A DNA stretch of 64,000 nucleotides, taken from positions 197,150 to 261,149 of the forward strand of contig CAVWBU010000016.1 of NCBI GenBank assembly GCA_963753345.1, written 5' to 3'. Below the pieces are notes generated by a model, which was not told where the DNA came from, searched no databases, and saw only the letters and a program-made list of their open reading frames with translations. The translations under genes were made by a program, and so were the position numbers. Below, in pieces: positions 18,084 through 30,900 of the stretch; position 1 is the first letter of the stretch; each line of letters begins with the position of its first letter. The stretch comes from an uncultured Fibrobacterota bacterium. GTDB lineage: Bacteria > Fibrobacterota > Chitinivibrionia > Chitinivibrionales > FEN-1185.

Positions 18084-19325
18084 GTGACGCTGTTTATTAT
18101 CACCGTGGCCGCCACCATGGCGGTGGCATTTCTGTGTTCCCTCATGGAGGCCTGCCTCATGAGCCTGTCGCTCGCCGACATCGCGAAGATCACCGAGGGC
18201 CGGCAGACCGTGGGCAACATCTGGAAGGGCCTCCGCGACAACATCCAGAAACCCATTGCGACCATCCTCGTGATCAACACGCTGGCGACCACGGTGGGCG
18301 CCGCGCTTTCCGGAACGCAATTCGCCGATCTTTTCGGCGTGAAATGGGTCTGGCTGTACTCAATCGTTCTTGCCATGATGATGATCCAATGGTCCGAGAT
18401 ACTGCCCAAGACGCTCGGATACCGCAATAACCGGTTCATCGCCGGCGTGTTCGGCCTGCCGTTCAAGGGGCTGGTCGAAGGCATGAGGCCCGTGCTCTGG
18501 GTGACGCAGTTCCTCAACCGCCCCTTCACGGGCAAGCGGGCCCTGTCGCAGGCGGATGCGCTCGGCGACATCAACGTGCTCACGCGGTTTGCCGCGCTCA
18601 ATAATCTTATCAGTAAAGAGCAGGCCCGACTCGTGATGCGGAGCATCGGCCTGTCCAAGACGCCGGTGTCCGAGGTGATGATGAAGCGCGAGCAAGTGAA
18701 GCTGCTGTCGAACACCATGACCCTCACCGACGCGCTGGTCGCCGCGCACCTCCACTACCACACACGCTACCCCATCGCCGACGGCGGCGACGTGGACCGG
18801 ATTTTGGGCTACGTCAATTTCAAGGACATCGTTATCGCGTTGCACATCAACCCCAAGGACCCCACGCTCAAGGGCATCATGCGGCCAATGCTGTTTGTCA
18901 ATGTTGCCGACACCGCGCTGGTGGTGCTTAACAAAATGATACTCGGCCACCACCACATCGCCATCGTGCGCGACAGCGCCGGCCGCACAGCAGGCCTCGT
19001 CACCCTCGAAGACATCATCGAGGAGGTGTTCGGCGAAATCCAGGACGAGTTCGACATTCTGCCCCGATTCGTGCGCGCCATTCCCGACAACCGTTTCCTG
19101 GCCGGCGGCGCCACGCCCATGAGCGAGCTGCGCGAAAAAGTGTGCCCGGACTTTCCCGACGTGCCGACCACCGTTGATTCGTGGATACGGTCGCACACGA
19201 GAAAGGCGCTGCAGAAGAAATCGGTGGTCAGGTTTTCCGGCTGGGAATTCGTGATTGCAAAGGTGAGAAGGTCGCAGATTCATGAGGTGATTGTGGAGTG
19301 TACGAAGAAGAATGATGGAGAATAA
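18084..19325 (+). CDS. CNNM/DUF21-CBS domain membrane protein (CorB/hemolysin-like)
   Basis: FLCSLMEA, ILVINTLA, SEILPKTLG, TRYPI, GLVTLEDIIEEVFGEIQDEFD. Confidence 0.9.
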   Translation: MTLFIITVAATMAVAFLCSLMEACLMSLSLADIAKITEGRQTVGNIWKGLRDNIQKPIATILVINTLATTVGAALSGTQFADLFGVKWVWLYSIVLAMMMIQWSEILPKTLGYRNNRFIAGVFGLPFKGLVEGMRPVLWVTQFLNRPFTGKRALSQADALGDINVLTRFAALNNLISKEQARLVMRSIGLSKTPVSEVMMKREQVKLLSNTMTLTDALVAAHLHYHTRYPIADGGDVDRILGYVNFKDIVIALHINPKDPTLKGIMRPMLFVNVADTALVVLNKMILGHHHIAIVRDSAGRTAGLVTLEDIIEEVFGEIQDEFDILPRFVRAIPDNRFLAGGATPMSELREKVCPDFPDVPTTVDSWIRSHTRKALQKKSVVRFSGWEFVIAKVRRSQIHEVIVECTKKNDGE

Positions 19326-19379
19326 AGAAAATATTCATGCGGGTGATGTTCAGCCTGTCTCAAAACTCAAGAGAAGATC

Positions 19380-19767
19380 TGGGCGCCCCGCCGAAGACGG
19401 CGGCGGTTCTCCTTTCGGGCTCGGCTATTCGCCTCGTTGCCGGACCGCCCTAGTCGCCTGCGGCGAGGGTCGGCCGGCAATGCGCTCTGGCGCACCCTTC
19501 AGTCCAACCTGGCGCAGCGGCATCAGAACTCTATTCAGTCAACTGTCTTCCTTACGCCAGGCAGAGTCTTTAATAAGTCAAAAGCAACATTTTTCTATAT
19601 GAACTTCTCAACTACTCTCCGTGGGTGCCCCCACACAGGAGTCTGGTTCTGCAACTGCATCCACTTGGGGGTCACCCAGGAGGGGGTAGCGGAGGACCGG
19701 TCGCGCGCATTGGAATGCTTGTTTGTAAAGTAGCGCGACCGGGCCGCAGCGAGGGGGATACCTCCCT
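19380..19767 (+). repeat. Structured intergenic repeat, complete A-linker-B (locus 5)
   Basis: A 19380-19515, linker ctattcagtcaa..cttacgcca, B 19621-19767; fills the gap between two convergent genes. Confidence 0.9.
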
Positions 19768-19800
19768 CCTTGCGTGCTTTTCTTATACGTCAAATACTAC

Positions 19801-22800
19801 TTATCTCGACACTATCCCCACCGCGCCGAAAAGCTTCGACACGGTCTTCTTCCCCGAAGGGTCGGCATACCACAGCACCAGCAAGGTGCGGTAGACGCCG
19901 GGCGCGCACTTCGTGCCGCGGGAGTTCGAGCAGTTCCAGTAGATGTCGAAGTCGTAGGTGCTCGACGACGACGCCACCCAGTTCGACGGGACTATTCCCT
20001 TAGTTGATTTCGAGCTGTCGACCGACGCCACCACGTTCCCGATAACGTCGAAGATGATGAGCCTGGCGGTCACCGTCTGATTGGCCACCGGCACGATCTT
20101 GAAGGTGAGAACCGCTCCCGCGCCGTCCTGCCGCACCCAGTTCCTCGCGTTTGGCTGGTATGCCAGGTTGAGCGCGCCCGGGTTTTCACGGTTGAACGTA
20201 CCCGTTGTCGGGTTCGGGGCCGCAAGGATCTGCTGAGCCCGCACGCTGCCGACCACCACCTGCACCAGCCGGTTGTTTGCCGCCGGCGCATTGACGGAGC
20301 CGCTTTGCGTCCGGTCCGACAGGCTTTTGCCGGTTGAATCCGAGACAAGGCTCAGGTAGTTCTTCGAGGTGAGATCATTGCCGTTTGTCATGTAGAAATC
20401 GACCGAAACGCCGGAATCAACCTGGAAGAAATCCTTGATGCCGACGAGCATGCCCGTGACTTCGATGAGCGTGTCGGTCCCGTTGGCGAGAACGGAATCC
20501 GTCCAAACGCGGATCAGGCTCCCGGGGGCGAGCGCCGTGTTGAAGCCGTTCCCGTTGGTACCGATCGGCTCGGAGAACGTTACGGTCACCTTGTCCTGCG
20601 TCCGGGAGCCGACCGACCCAATCGTCTTGGTCACCATCCAGATCACCGGCCCTGCCCCGTCCGTAGCCTGTGTGTTGACAACCGACGAAGCGCCGCTGAG
20701 CCCTGTAATGGTGATCGTCGGCGTCCATCCGGTCTGCGGATACTTGTACGTCGGGTCGGTGCTTTTCGGTTCGTCAAGATTAAGCACAAACACCGAGTCG
20801 GTCCTCGTGCCGTTTTGCGAGGTCACGCTGTCGACGGTAAGCGAATAGGTGACTTTCTGGCCAGTCACCGGGTCCTGGTATGTTCCGGAGAACGTAATGC
20901 TGTACGTGCCCGAGTCGGGCCAGGTGATGGGCTTGTCGAAATGCAGCACGATGTGGTCGAGGTAACCGTCGCCGTTGACATCCTCCGTCACCGCGCTTGT
21001 CAGCCGTGCGGCAGGGCCGGTTATGGAAACGAAAACGCTGTCGGAAACTGTTTTTCCGCCGGACGTGTCGGACGCGATAATAAACCCGTTCTCATCGTTC
21101 TTCACGGTGCCCGCATTGTAGTACACGCGGGAAACATTGGTCGCGTTCCCTATGGCATGCAGCGTTCCGGTGGTTGCCCAGTTGCCGGCCGCTTCGCCGC
21201 GATTGTTGCCGTACCTGTCGTATCCAATGGCGATGATGAGTTCCGAGCCGCTGGGATAATCCAGATGGATCGTATCGAGGTTTTTCCCGCTCAGGTCCTG
21301 CAGCGCAATGCTGCTGAGCGCGGCCGGGTACATGGTGAAGGGTCCCGACGAAGCGTTCACGCCCCTCATTGCGGCGACCACCGTCTCCATGCTGTCCTTG
21401 TCGGCCGGCGGAGCGTAGTACAGGACGAATTTCACCGTGTCAATGCCGTTCTGAAAACACTCCCTGAGCGGTGTGCCCATGGTCACCGCGGTGTCGCCGA
21501 TCACAAGGGGAGACGGCCGTCCGCTGCCGCCCGTGCCCAGGGCATTCTGATAGGTCACGCTGTCGCAATACGCCCCCGGCACGAGGCCGTCCTTGTTATT
21601 AATCCGCACCACGGCCGTCATGGTGTCGCCGGCGATGCGCTGCTGGGGCGACGTGAGAATCTGGATCTCCATCGTGACGGGCGGCCCGACCGTAAAATTG
21701 ACAGTCACGAAATCGGGTTTCGTCGTTACGGTGTCGTTGCCGAGCGTAACCCGTATGAAGCCCGTGCCGGGCTTGTCGGGAGAGAATGTCCAGTTCTGGG
21801 CGCTCGCGGGCGCCGCCGGCACGATACTCAGGCCAATCGAGCTTTCCCATTGCGCCGACACGAATTCCCACACCGAATCGGTGGACCGCTGGCCCTCGAC
21901 TTCAAGCGTGGTGTCCTGGTTCGTATTCATGGTGAGGTTTGTTATGTGCGTGGGACCGGCGCCCGTCACGATCCGCAGCGCAATGTAATAGTACTGCAGA
22001 ACAAGGGCCGTCGTGGTGTCGGTGAGCCCCGGATAGTCCAGGCTTGTGGCGACCACTTTTGCCCTGTCTCTGGGCGCGGACTCCACTCTTGTGATCACAC
22101 CCTCGCCCTGGCTCTTCTGGCCGTCGGCCACGGTCACCACCGCGGTGTCGAGACTCAGCCACGCCGTGTTCTGCGAGGTCCCGATGTAGTTCTGATAGGC
22201 GTCCCGTATCACCGCATACACAAGCCCGTACTTCACCGAGCTTGGAATTTGTACCAGGGTATCGGGATTGTCCTTGTGCGGACTCGCCTCCTCCCGCGGA
22301 TCGTTCTCGATAACAAGATGGACGGGCCTGCCGGCAACCACCGTCACTTTGATCGTCGCGTCGTAGGTCTGGCCGTTCTGCTTGAATTCTGCGGTGAGCA
22401 GCACCGTGTTGTTCGCCCGTGTCGGCGTGTACACGGTGGATGAGCCGGTCGCAGGAGTAAAGCTGCCTGTCGGAACGTCGGTGTTGCCCTGCTGCTCCAC
22501 AATCGACCATGTGATAGGCGCCGACGGCGATTCAAATGACGACAGCCAGTTGCCCGCCTTGTCGAACACCTTTGCAAATACGGGCAGGGCCTCTCCCGCC
22601 GAATCGACAATCGCCTGGTTCACGCCCGGATACGGCTGCTGCTTCGCGGGATCGCCTGCGGCCGGGTACAGCACGATGCTGCGCGCCCCGCCGGCAGTGA
22701 ACTGCACCTGTATCGAATCGGGCTTTGCCGAGCCGAGGCTCACCCGTATCACGCCGCTGCCCGTGTTGGTCGGCGACACGTTCCAGTTGTTCGAAGCGCC

Positions 22801-25800
22801 CGGAGGCGCGAGGACGGTGGTGAGGCCCGCGCTCATGGACCATGCCGCGGGAACATAGTCCCATCCCGTATTGTCGGAACGCAGCCCCTGCACCTGCAGC
22901 ACGGTGTCTTGTTCAATAGCCATTGTCAAGGAACTTATCTTTGTGGAGTCCCGCACCACGATGCGGAGCGCGGTGTAGGAAACGTTGCTGAGCACCACCA
23001 GCACGCTGTCCGTAAAGGCGGGCGTTTTCCCGTCGTGCGCAATCACCCATGCCTGGCCCAGGTTCGTTCTGCGCAACAGGATTCCGGTGCCCGTGGTCGG
23101 ATCGCCGTTGATCACGGCGGCCTGCGTGGTATCGCGGCTCAGCCACGCCGTGGGGTTCGAGAAGCCGACAAAATTGCCGAATTGATCCCGCAGCACCGCA
23201 TACACCGCCAGCGATGTGTCGGTGCCGAGAATGGCGACCTGTCCGGCGCGGTGCGCGGCATTGGGATACGCGGTCTTTCCGGTGGTGTCGGGCTCTATCA
23301 CGAGAAACGCGGCGGGTCCGGGAGTTATGGTGATTTTAATCGACTTCGACAGGGTGATATTCGCATCTGTATAGGTAGCCGTCACCGTGACGGTCTGATA
23401 GGCCTTGACTCCTGTAAACGTGGTCTGAAACCCGCTGGAGGGCAGGAGCGTCGCCGCCCCAGGCGGATCTGTTGTCCAGGTGAACGGCGCGTCGGAACGC
23501 TCGTACCCGCTCAGCCAGTCGCTGCTCTGCGTGAACAGCTTCGCCACAATCGGAAAGGGAACGCCCGCCACCACGGTGTCCGCTGGCGGATATGCCACGT
23601 TCGTCGCTGTGTTGGGCTGGCCCGGCGCAGGGTACAGCGCCATGACGGCGGGGTTGCCATAGGAGAAAATGGCGGTGATCGTGTCGGTTCTCTTTTGCGC
23701 TGCCGTGCCCCAGACGATGAATATCCTCCCCGAGCCCGGGCTTGCGGGAGAGAGGCTCCACGACGACGTGTCTGCCGCCGGCGCAGGCTTGTCAAACGAG
23801 AGGCCGCTGCTGCCCCATGTCACCTTGAGGTCGTCCCAGATGCCGCTGCCGTCGTCGCGGAGTCCGCGCGCCATGAGGGTGGTGTCCTGGTCGGTTCTCA
23901 TTTGCAAGGTATCGATGTTCACCGAGCCCCGCACCACGATCTGAATCTGCGAATAGCCCACCGCATCGAGGTTCACCTGCACCGAGTCCTTGAGCGCTCC
24001 CTGGGTCACGGCCACCCATGTGTTCGAGCTGTTCGGCGTCTGCCGCGTGATTTCCCCTTCCCCCATGGGCACGCTCGCATACGCGGCGGTCACCACACCG
24101 GTGTTCCTGCTTGTCCAGGTCGCGGCTGTCGCACGGCCCACAAAGTTGCTGTCGGCGTCGCGCAGCACCGCAAACACGCTGTCTTTGAGTACGGTGTTTC
24201 CCATGGTGATCGAACCGAGCCGCCTGTCTGCGTTGAGGCTTTGGCTGGAGTCCCAGACGGCCTCGATGACGAGTTGCGTGGGAAGGCCGGGCAGAATATG
24301 GAGCTGTATCGAGTCCCTGGCAACGACGCTGCCGTCGTTGTAGGTTGCGATCACGTAAACGGAGTTGTATGCCCTGGTCGGCGTGAATGCGGTCGCATCC
24401 CCGTTGGTCGGGATCACGGACCCTGTCGGCGGCAGCTTGTTGCCCGCGAATTCGTAGACCGTCCATGTGACCGGCGACGTGCCGGTTTCGTAGTCTTTAA
24501 GCCAAATTCCTGCTTTGTCAAACACTTTCGCCACTATGGGAACGGCAACGCCGGCCGTGTCCGCAATGGGGTACACCGGGTCGAAATAGGGAGCGTTTCC
24601 CGGGCCCGGGGGGCCGGTGAGAGGATAGAGCGCTATGTATCGCGGCGCACCGTGCAAAAAAGTCACCTGCACCGAGTCGGGCAGTGCACTCCCCAGGGTC
24701 ACCTTGATCCAGCCCGTGCCCGTGTCCGACGGATACACGAGCCAGCTCGCCGACGCCCCGGGCGCGCCCGTCAGGGTCTGCAGAGTGCCGGTTTCGGTCC
24801 ACGCGGCGGGCACGGAATCCCATCCCGTGCCGTCGGAGCGCAGGCCCTGCACCTTGAGAACAGTGTCCTGGTCTATGCTCATGACCAGGTTGTGGTTGTA
24901 AAGAGCCGCCGAGTCGCGCACCACGATGCGCAGCGCGGTGTAGGAAATGTTGCTTAACACAACGAGAACGCTGTCGTGCAAAGCAGGATTGCCCACATCC
25001 TGCGCGAACCACATATGCTTGGCCGGAAGCGTGTCATTGCGTATGCACACCCCCTCGCCTAGTCGCGGCATTGCCTACCGAGTCTCCCACCGTTGCGGGT
25101 GTTCCTGCTGGTCCAGGTTGTCGGATCGGAAAATGACGACGAAGTTGCCGATACTGGTCGCGCAGCACCGCGTATACCGATATTTTCGTCGCCGTGCCGA
25201 GGATGGTGACGGTCCCGGCCCGGTGCGGTGTATTGGGGTACGCGCTCTGCCCGGTTGCATCCGGCTCGATGACCAATTGGGAAGCGGCGGCGGGCAGAAT
25301 GGTGATGGAGATAGACTTGCTGATCCCGCCTGTAAAGGTCGCCGTCACCTTTACCGTTTTTCCCGCAACGGTTCCCATGAATGAGGCGATAGACCCGTTT
25401 ACAGTGAGCGTGCCCGCGGTTGTGGGATTCCCGACGGGATCGGTAAGGGTCCAGGCGAACCCCGACGCACCGGCGCCTTCATAGGCGCTGAGCCATTCGT
25501 TGCTTCCCGAGAATATCTTGGCGTACAGCGGGAATGCCTGTCCCGCCGTCACATTGGCCGAGGGAGCGTAGGCAGCGTTGCCCGGAACGTTGGGTGTGCC
25601 GGCGTTCGGATACAGCGACATGGTGGCAGGAGCGCCGACGCTGAACGTCGCATTTATCGTGTCGTACAGCGATCCCATGGAAATAAAGATCTTACCTGTC
25701 GCGGCCGTGTCGGGCTGGAAGGACCACGAAAAACCGTAAGGAGGGGAAAGTTTGAGGTACGGGCTGGCACCCCACTGCACTTGGACCGTGTCCCAGATGT

Positions 25801-27544
25801 TGCTGCCGTCCGCACGAAGCGCCTTTGCCCAGAGCGTGGTGCTTTGGTCGGTGGTCATCGAAATTGAACCAATGTCCGCGGTCGCCGCTTTATTGGAAAC
25901 AATGATGATTTTGGAATAAGACACGTTGGAGAGAATCACCTGCACCGAGCCGGACATGGCACCCTCATGCGCAGTGACCGTGGTGGTGCCGTTGTTGTTT
26001 GTATTCCTGGTGATCTCGCCTTCGCCCAGGGGCGCGTTGACTGTTGCGGCAGTTACATAAGCGACGTCATACGTCCACGGAGACAAGGCAGTGGCATAGC
26101 TCACGAAGTTACCGAACTTGTCCCGTAGAACAGCATAGACCGAGTCCTTGAGCATGGTGCTTGTAAACACAACAGTGCCGAGGGGGTTGTCCGCGTTCGG
26201 TTTTATCAGGGAATACGGGCTTACTAGGGAATACGGGTAGGGCTCGATCACAAGATGATTGGCAGCACCGGGTTTGATGAATACATGGATGGTATCCGTA
26301 ATCGTGCCGCCAAGCTCCGCCACATTTGCAACGGTGGCGATAATATCGTACCAATGGTAGGCATCAACCGCATAAAACTCGTTACTGGAATCCGTGTTGG
26401 GGAGCCTTGTCCTGAGCGAGTCCCGAAAACCAGTGCTGCTGTGCGTTAGTGAGTTCTCCACTCTCCAGGCTATCAGCGTGCTCAGATCGGACCTCACCGA
26501 GCCGAATTCGTCAATCACCTGGCCCGCCATGTGTATGGAATCACCGGCGGAAATCGTGTCGTGGTTCGGGACGACCGTCATGTTGATGTAGGGCGTGTTG
26601 AGCAGGTTCGTGGTGATGGTGATGTTGGATCCCGTTGCCTGGCGCTCGCAGTAAAAAATATCGATGGTTGCAGGCTGGCCCAGAACAAGGCCCAGTTGAT
26701 TGAGCATGCCGTCAAGCGCAAAACCTCCCGTCATGTTATTGTGCATTCCCCCCATGTCAAGAACAAGTTTGCCGTTGATGAATACCCACAGGTCGTCATC
26801 GCCCCTGAAACTGAACGTAAGCCCCAGCCTGACGATGAATTTCCTTTTCAGGTGCATTGCGAATGAGTAATTGTGCGGGTTTGGAGGGCGATCCTGAGCA
26901 AAAGCATTGTTGGGGAAGCCTGCCGGACCGATGTAATTCTGTCCGCCATTTTCGACGGCACCAGTGCCATAAACGTAATAATTCCAGTCTCTTGTGGCGG
27001 CATCGGCGCCGAATCCTTGGTTGTCAAGAGGGAAGAAATTCGGGTTGACGCTGAATTGATATTGTCCTACACCGGCGGCAGCATCGTAAATGAACGTGAG
27101 TGAATCCGGAATAACTATGTTCTTGTACGAGGTGTCGTAGGCGACGGCTGCAGGAGGGGTCTGTGTCATGACCCGCCCATACCCCACCGGAACCCCACCC
27201 ACTCCGTACGTCGGGCGCAGGTGGTCATCCCCCTGGCCGTAATTGCTTTGCGGCCACGGACGGAACCACTTGTTGACATAGTAGCTGAAAAGCATTGAAT
27301 CGCCGCGCACCGGCAGTCCGTCTGCGTCAAGAGTGTTTGCAACCAAACCAAGAAACGGCAGATTTTGACCTCGTGAACCGCCGGGATCGGTGCCGGGATT
27401 GAAGTCCGGGCATGACCCGTCGGAATGATAGTCAAAGAACGTAACCGGAATCTGCATGGTTTGCGGATACGTCTGCGCGTTTGCCAAACCAACCAATGCC
27501 ATCACCCCGACCGCTGCGCCGATAAATCGCTGCGTCATGAACAA
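19801..27544 (-). CDS. Giant fibro-slime (PA14-like) surface protein, ~2,570 aa if rejoined; split by indels near 25060-25155
   Basis: N-terminal TFFDYHSDGSCPDF, FFPLD, HNYSFAMHL, F.GDDDLWVFINGKLVLDMGGMH, FYCERQ; five ~325-aa repeats; DVNGDGYLD; C-terminal IFDVIGNVV...W...NSRG...APGVY. ORFs 25034-27544 and 19801-25071 continue the same repeat. Confidence 0.85.
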
Positions 27545-27669
27545 ACCCTTTCAGAAAGGCGTATATGTGAAGGTTGCAAAGTTTAAGTTCAATTTGTCAA
27601 CCGTGCCAAAACAACGGGAGATTCGCAGACGCGACTACTCCTGTAGCGTTGTATGCAGTAGTAGTCGTG

Positions 27670-27694
27670 GTGCTTCGCGTCGCTCGCAATGACA
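27670..27694. repeat. Single REP-like unit (TGCTTCG..GCTCGCAATGAC type)
   Basis: gtgcttcgcgtcgctcgcaatgaca; only one copy in the window, recognised from general familiarity. Confidence 0.4.
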
Positions 27695-27784
27695 CCAGAC
27701 TTTCTTTTCACCAACTTTCACGCCAAACTTCTCAACGTTTCAACTCTTTGCCTTTTTAACGCATTTTCTTTTCAACTATTCTCC

Positions 27785-27933
27785 GTGGGTGCCCCCACAC
27801 CAATGCTTGGTTCTGCTACCGCTTCCACACGGGGGCTACCCGCGAGGGGGTAGCGGAAGACCGGCGCGCGGTTGACAATACACACAAATGTTACCCCGCG
27901 CGCCGGGCTGAAGCGAGGGGGATACTTCCCCCC
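27785..27933 (+). repeat. Structured intergenic repeat, module B only (locus 6)
   Basis: gtgggtgcccccacac...gggggctacccgcgagggggtagcggaagaccggcgcgc...gagggggatacttccccc, preceded by a tcaac-rich tract. Confidence 0.9.
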
Positions 27934-27954
27934 TTGCATGCTTCATCATCTTTC

Positions 27955-30900
27955 TTATTTTATTAACGTCATCTTCCTGTCAAACACCCCGAGCTGCCTT
28001 CCGGTCTTGGCAACCGCGGACATCGAAATAACGTACACGCCGGCGACGACGGGCCTGCCGTCGGAGGACCGCGCGTCCCAAAGAAGATCGGAAGTCCCGG
28101 TCATGAAGCCCGGCGTTACCATGGTCCGCCACACGATCCGGCCGCGCAGGTCGTAAATGACGAATTTCACCTTGTCAACACCGTCGTACGGCAGGCTGTA
28201 CCGTATGCGGACGAACGTGCGGAACGGGTTGGGATACGTTCCCACGAACCGCAGCACGCCCGGCCTTGCAATCATGCGCGCCTTTGCGAGATACGCGGGG
28301 GTCCCCGCGAACAGCCAGCGATATTCCTTTGCGGCGGCGTCGACCGTCACTGCGGCGCCGGCGGCGGCAATGTCTTCAATCGAGTCTCTTGACGGATCGT
28401 AAAGCTTCGCGTTCATGCCCTGCGGCAGCGCCGCAGCGTTGCCGACCCGGTACGACATCGTGAGCCTTGCGTCGGTCTCGTTGCCGAACACGAGGAGGAA
28501 GGACGCGCCCCCGTCGCTCACGGAATGCGCCATGGCGTTGCCGCGCACGCGGCGTGCCGCGGCATCGTACACGCCGACGTACGCCTTGACAAGCGAGGGA
28601 GCCATCGGATAGTAGGAAACCGTCCCGGTCTTTGCGGCATGGTAACCGCAGTACACCGACGTAAGCGGCGTGCCGTCGGCAAGCGTCGGAACGACCGTGA
28701 GGGCCCAGCCGGCCGACGCTATCGCCGGTTTCTTGGCAAGGCCGATTTTCGACATCGCCTGCGGAAGGGGCGGAATCACGAGAGCAATGGTGTCGGCGCA
28801 GGGATTGTACACGGTGAAACCGGCGTCCGCGGCCGCGGATAGAACGGTCGCGGCGTTGCTGAGGGAATCAATGCCCGCAATGAATTTCGCCTCGGTACGG
28901 TACCTTCCGGCAGGGTCCTTGCGCCAGGAGTAGAACTCGAGGGTGTCGGGCGGGGAAATTGCAGAGCCCGTCGCCGTGAATATGTCTCCCAGCGCGATGT
29001 CGAAGTTGAACGGCAGGTCGAAATCGGTCCAGTTGCCCGGCGGGAGTTTGAGCGAAAAGGGCTTCAAGAGCGACGCCGTGATGCCGCGGCCGAACGTAAT
29101 CTCCGCCATGGCTTTGGTCTTGAGCCAGATCAGGGTTCCGCGCGAAAGCGCGAACTGCGCAGCGCCGGTGTCCGAGTATTCGGTCCATTTGGATTCGCTC
29201 GCGGCATTGCCGGATGAAGGAATCCAGCGGAAGACTCTGAACGCCGTATTGTCGTATTTCCATGCGCCCTTCACGGCCAGGGGCCTCAGCACGCTCCGGA
29301 TGTCCTGCGTGTCAAGGACCGCGTTCGTGGCCAGGGGCGCCCATTGCTGCGCGGTGGTGTGCAGGGACCCGGCCGTGTCGAGGATCACCGATCGCGACAG
29401 CACCAGGGAATCCCGGTGCGAGCCGTCGAAGGCGTACAGGACCGCGCGGACGCCGTTGTCGCCGCTCACGTACTGTCCGGCGACCCTGACGATGACCGTG
29501 TCGAGCGTGTCCGACAGCGTGGCGAACTGGCCGGTGTCGCTTGTAAAGAGCGACAACCCGCCCTTCGCCGCGTAGAAGTGCCACGAAACGTTGGAAATAT
29601 GGTCGCGGATCACGATCGTGTCGCTGAAGCCCTGGCCCGCAGGCAGCGAGTCCCAGGCGCCCGGCTGCACGGTGAGGCGCGGATGCGTGGTGTCGACCAT
29701 TGCGACAAACGGGAAATTAAGCTGGTTGGTGAGTACATACACGTACCTGCCGACCGTATCAACGGCAAACGGATCGCCGTCGACCATCCAGGCGCCCGAC
29801 GCCGTGCGGTAGAAGATGCGCACGTCGCTCAGGGTGTATCCCGGCGGAATCGTGTCGACCTTGATTCCCACATAGAAAGGAAGGCCGACGTCGGCGTTCT
29901 TGAATTCGAACCCGACGCCCGCCTGCACGAACCCGGCAAGCGCGGCGGGGGCGAACGTGACGTAGTACAGCGTGTTGTGGGTCACCGACGAGTCGCCGGG
30001 CGTGTTGAGCAGCCGCACGTTGTTGTTGAAGGCGAACACCGTGTCGTTCTGCTTTGTAAAGTAAACCACGTTTTGCCAGGTAAAGGCCGGCACGTGCACG
30101 CTGTCGTACGCCAGGGCAGTCGGCCGCGTCCACGCCCCGTCCGACCGTCTCAGCCACAGACTTACGTAGTAGGTGTGGTCGAAGATGATGTTGCCGCCTA
30201 CGTTCACGTATGCGCAGGCGTTCGCGGACGCGACATCGACCACCTGCTGCTGCCCGGTGTTCACCGTGGGCAGCGAATCCGCCGAGTACAGGATGCCGAT
30301 TTGCAGGCTGTCGGCCTGCGCCGGGTTCACGCTCCAGCACACCTTGATCTCGCTGACCGAGGTGTCGAACGTGAGGCTCGTCACCTGCGCGCTGTTGGAC
30401 GGCAGCGTGTCGCCCGCCTTGAGCGTGGAATCGGTCGCGCTCGCCGAGTCCGTAATCAGCGACCACAATCCTCCCTTGTAAACCTGGGCTCCGAAGTAGT
30501 ACCGCGTCTTTTCGTTGAACTTGTTCCCGATGATCACCGTGTCCGAGACCGCGGGAACAAGGGAGTCGAGATTGAGCGACGTGACGTCGGCGACGAGCGG
30601 AACCGCAGCGCCGCTGCGGTACCAGATCATGATGCGCTCGATGCCGGTCTGCGCCACGTTGTTCCACGTGAGCCGGATCCTGGTCGACGACAGCGCGTGC
30701 GCCGCGAGATGGATCGGGTTGTGCGGCCGCAGCTTTCCCACAAGGAACGACGTGGACAGCGCCGGGCTGTACCGTGCGTTCCTGCCGTGGAGTTCCACGG
30801 CGGCATACATGGTTTTCTGTTCGTTGTTGAACTGCGTGTTGACAATGGAAATTGCATACCGGGTCCCCGCCTTCGCCACGTCGGACGCGGAGTACCACTT

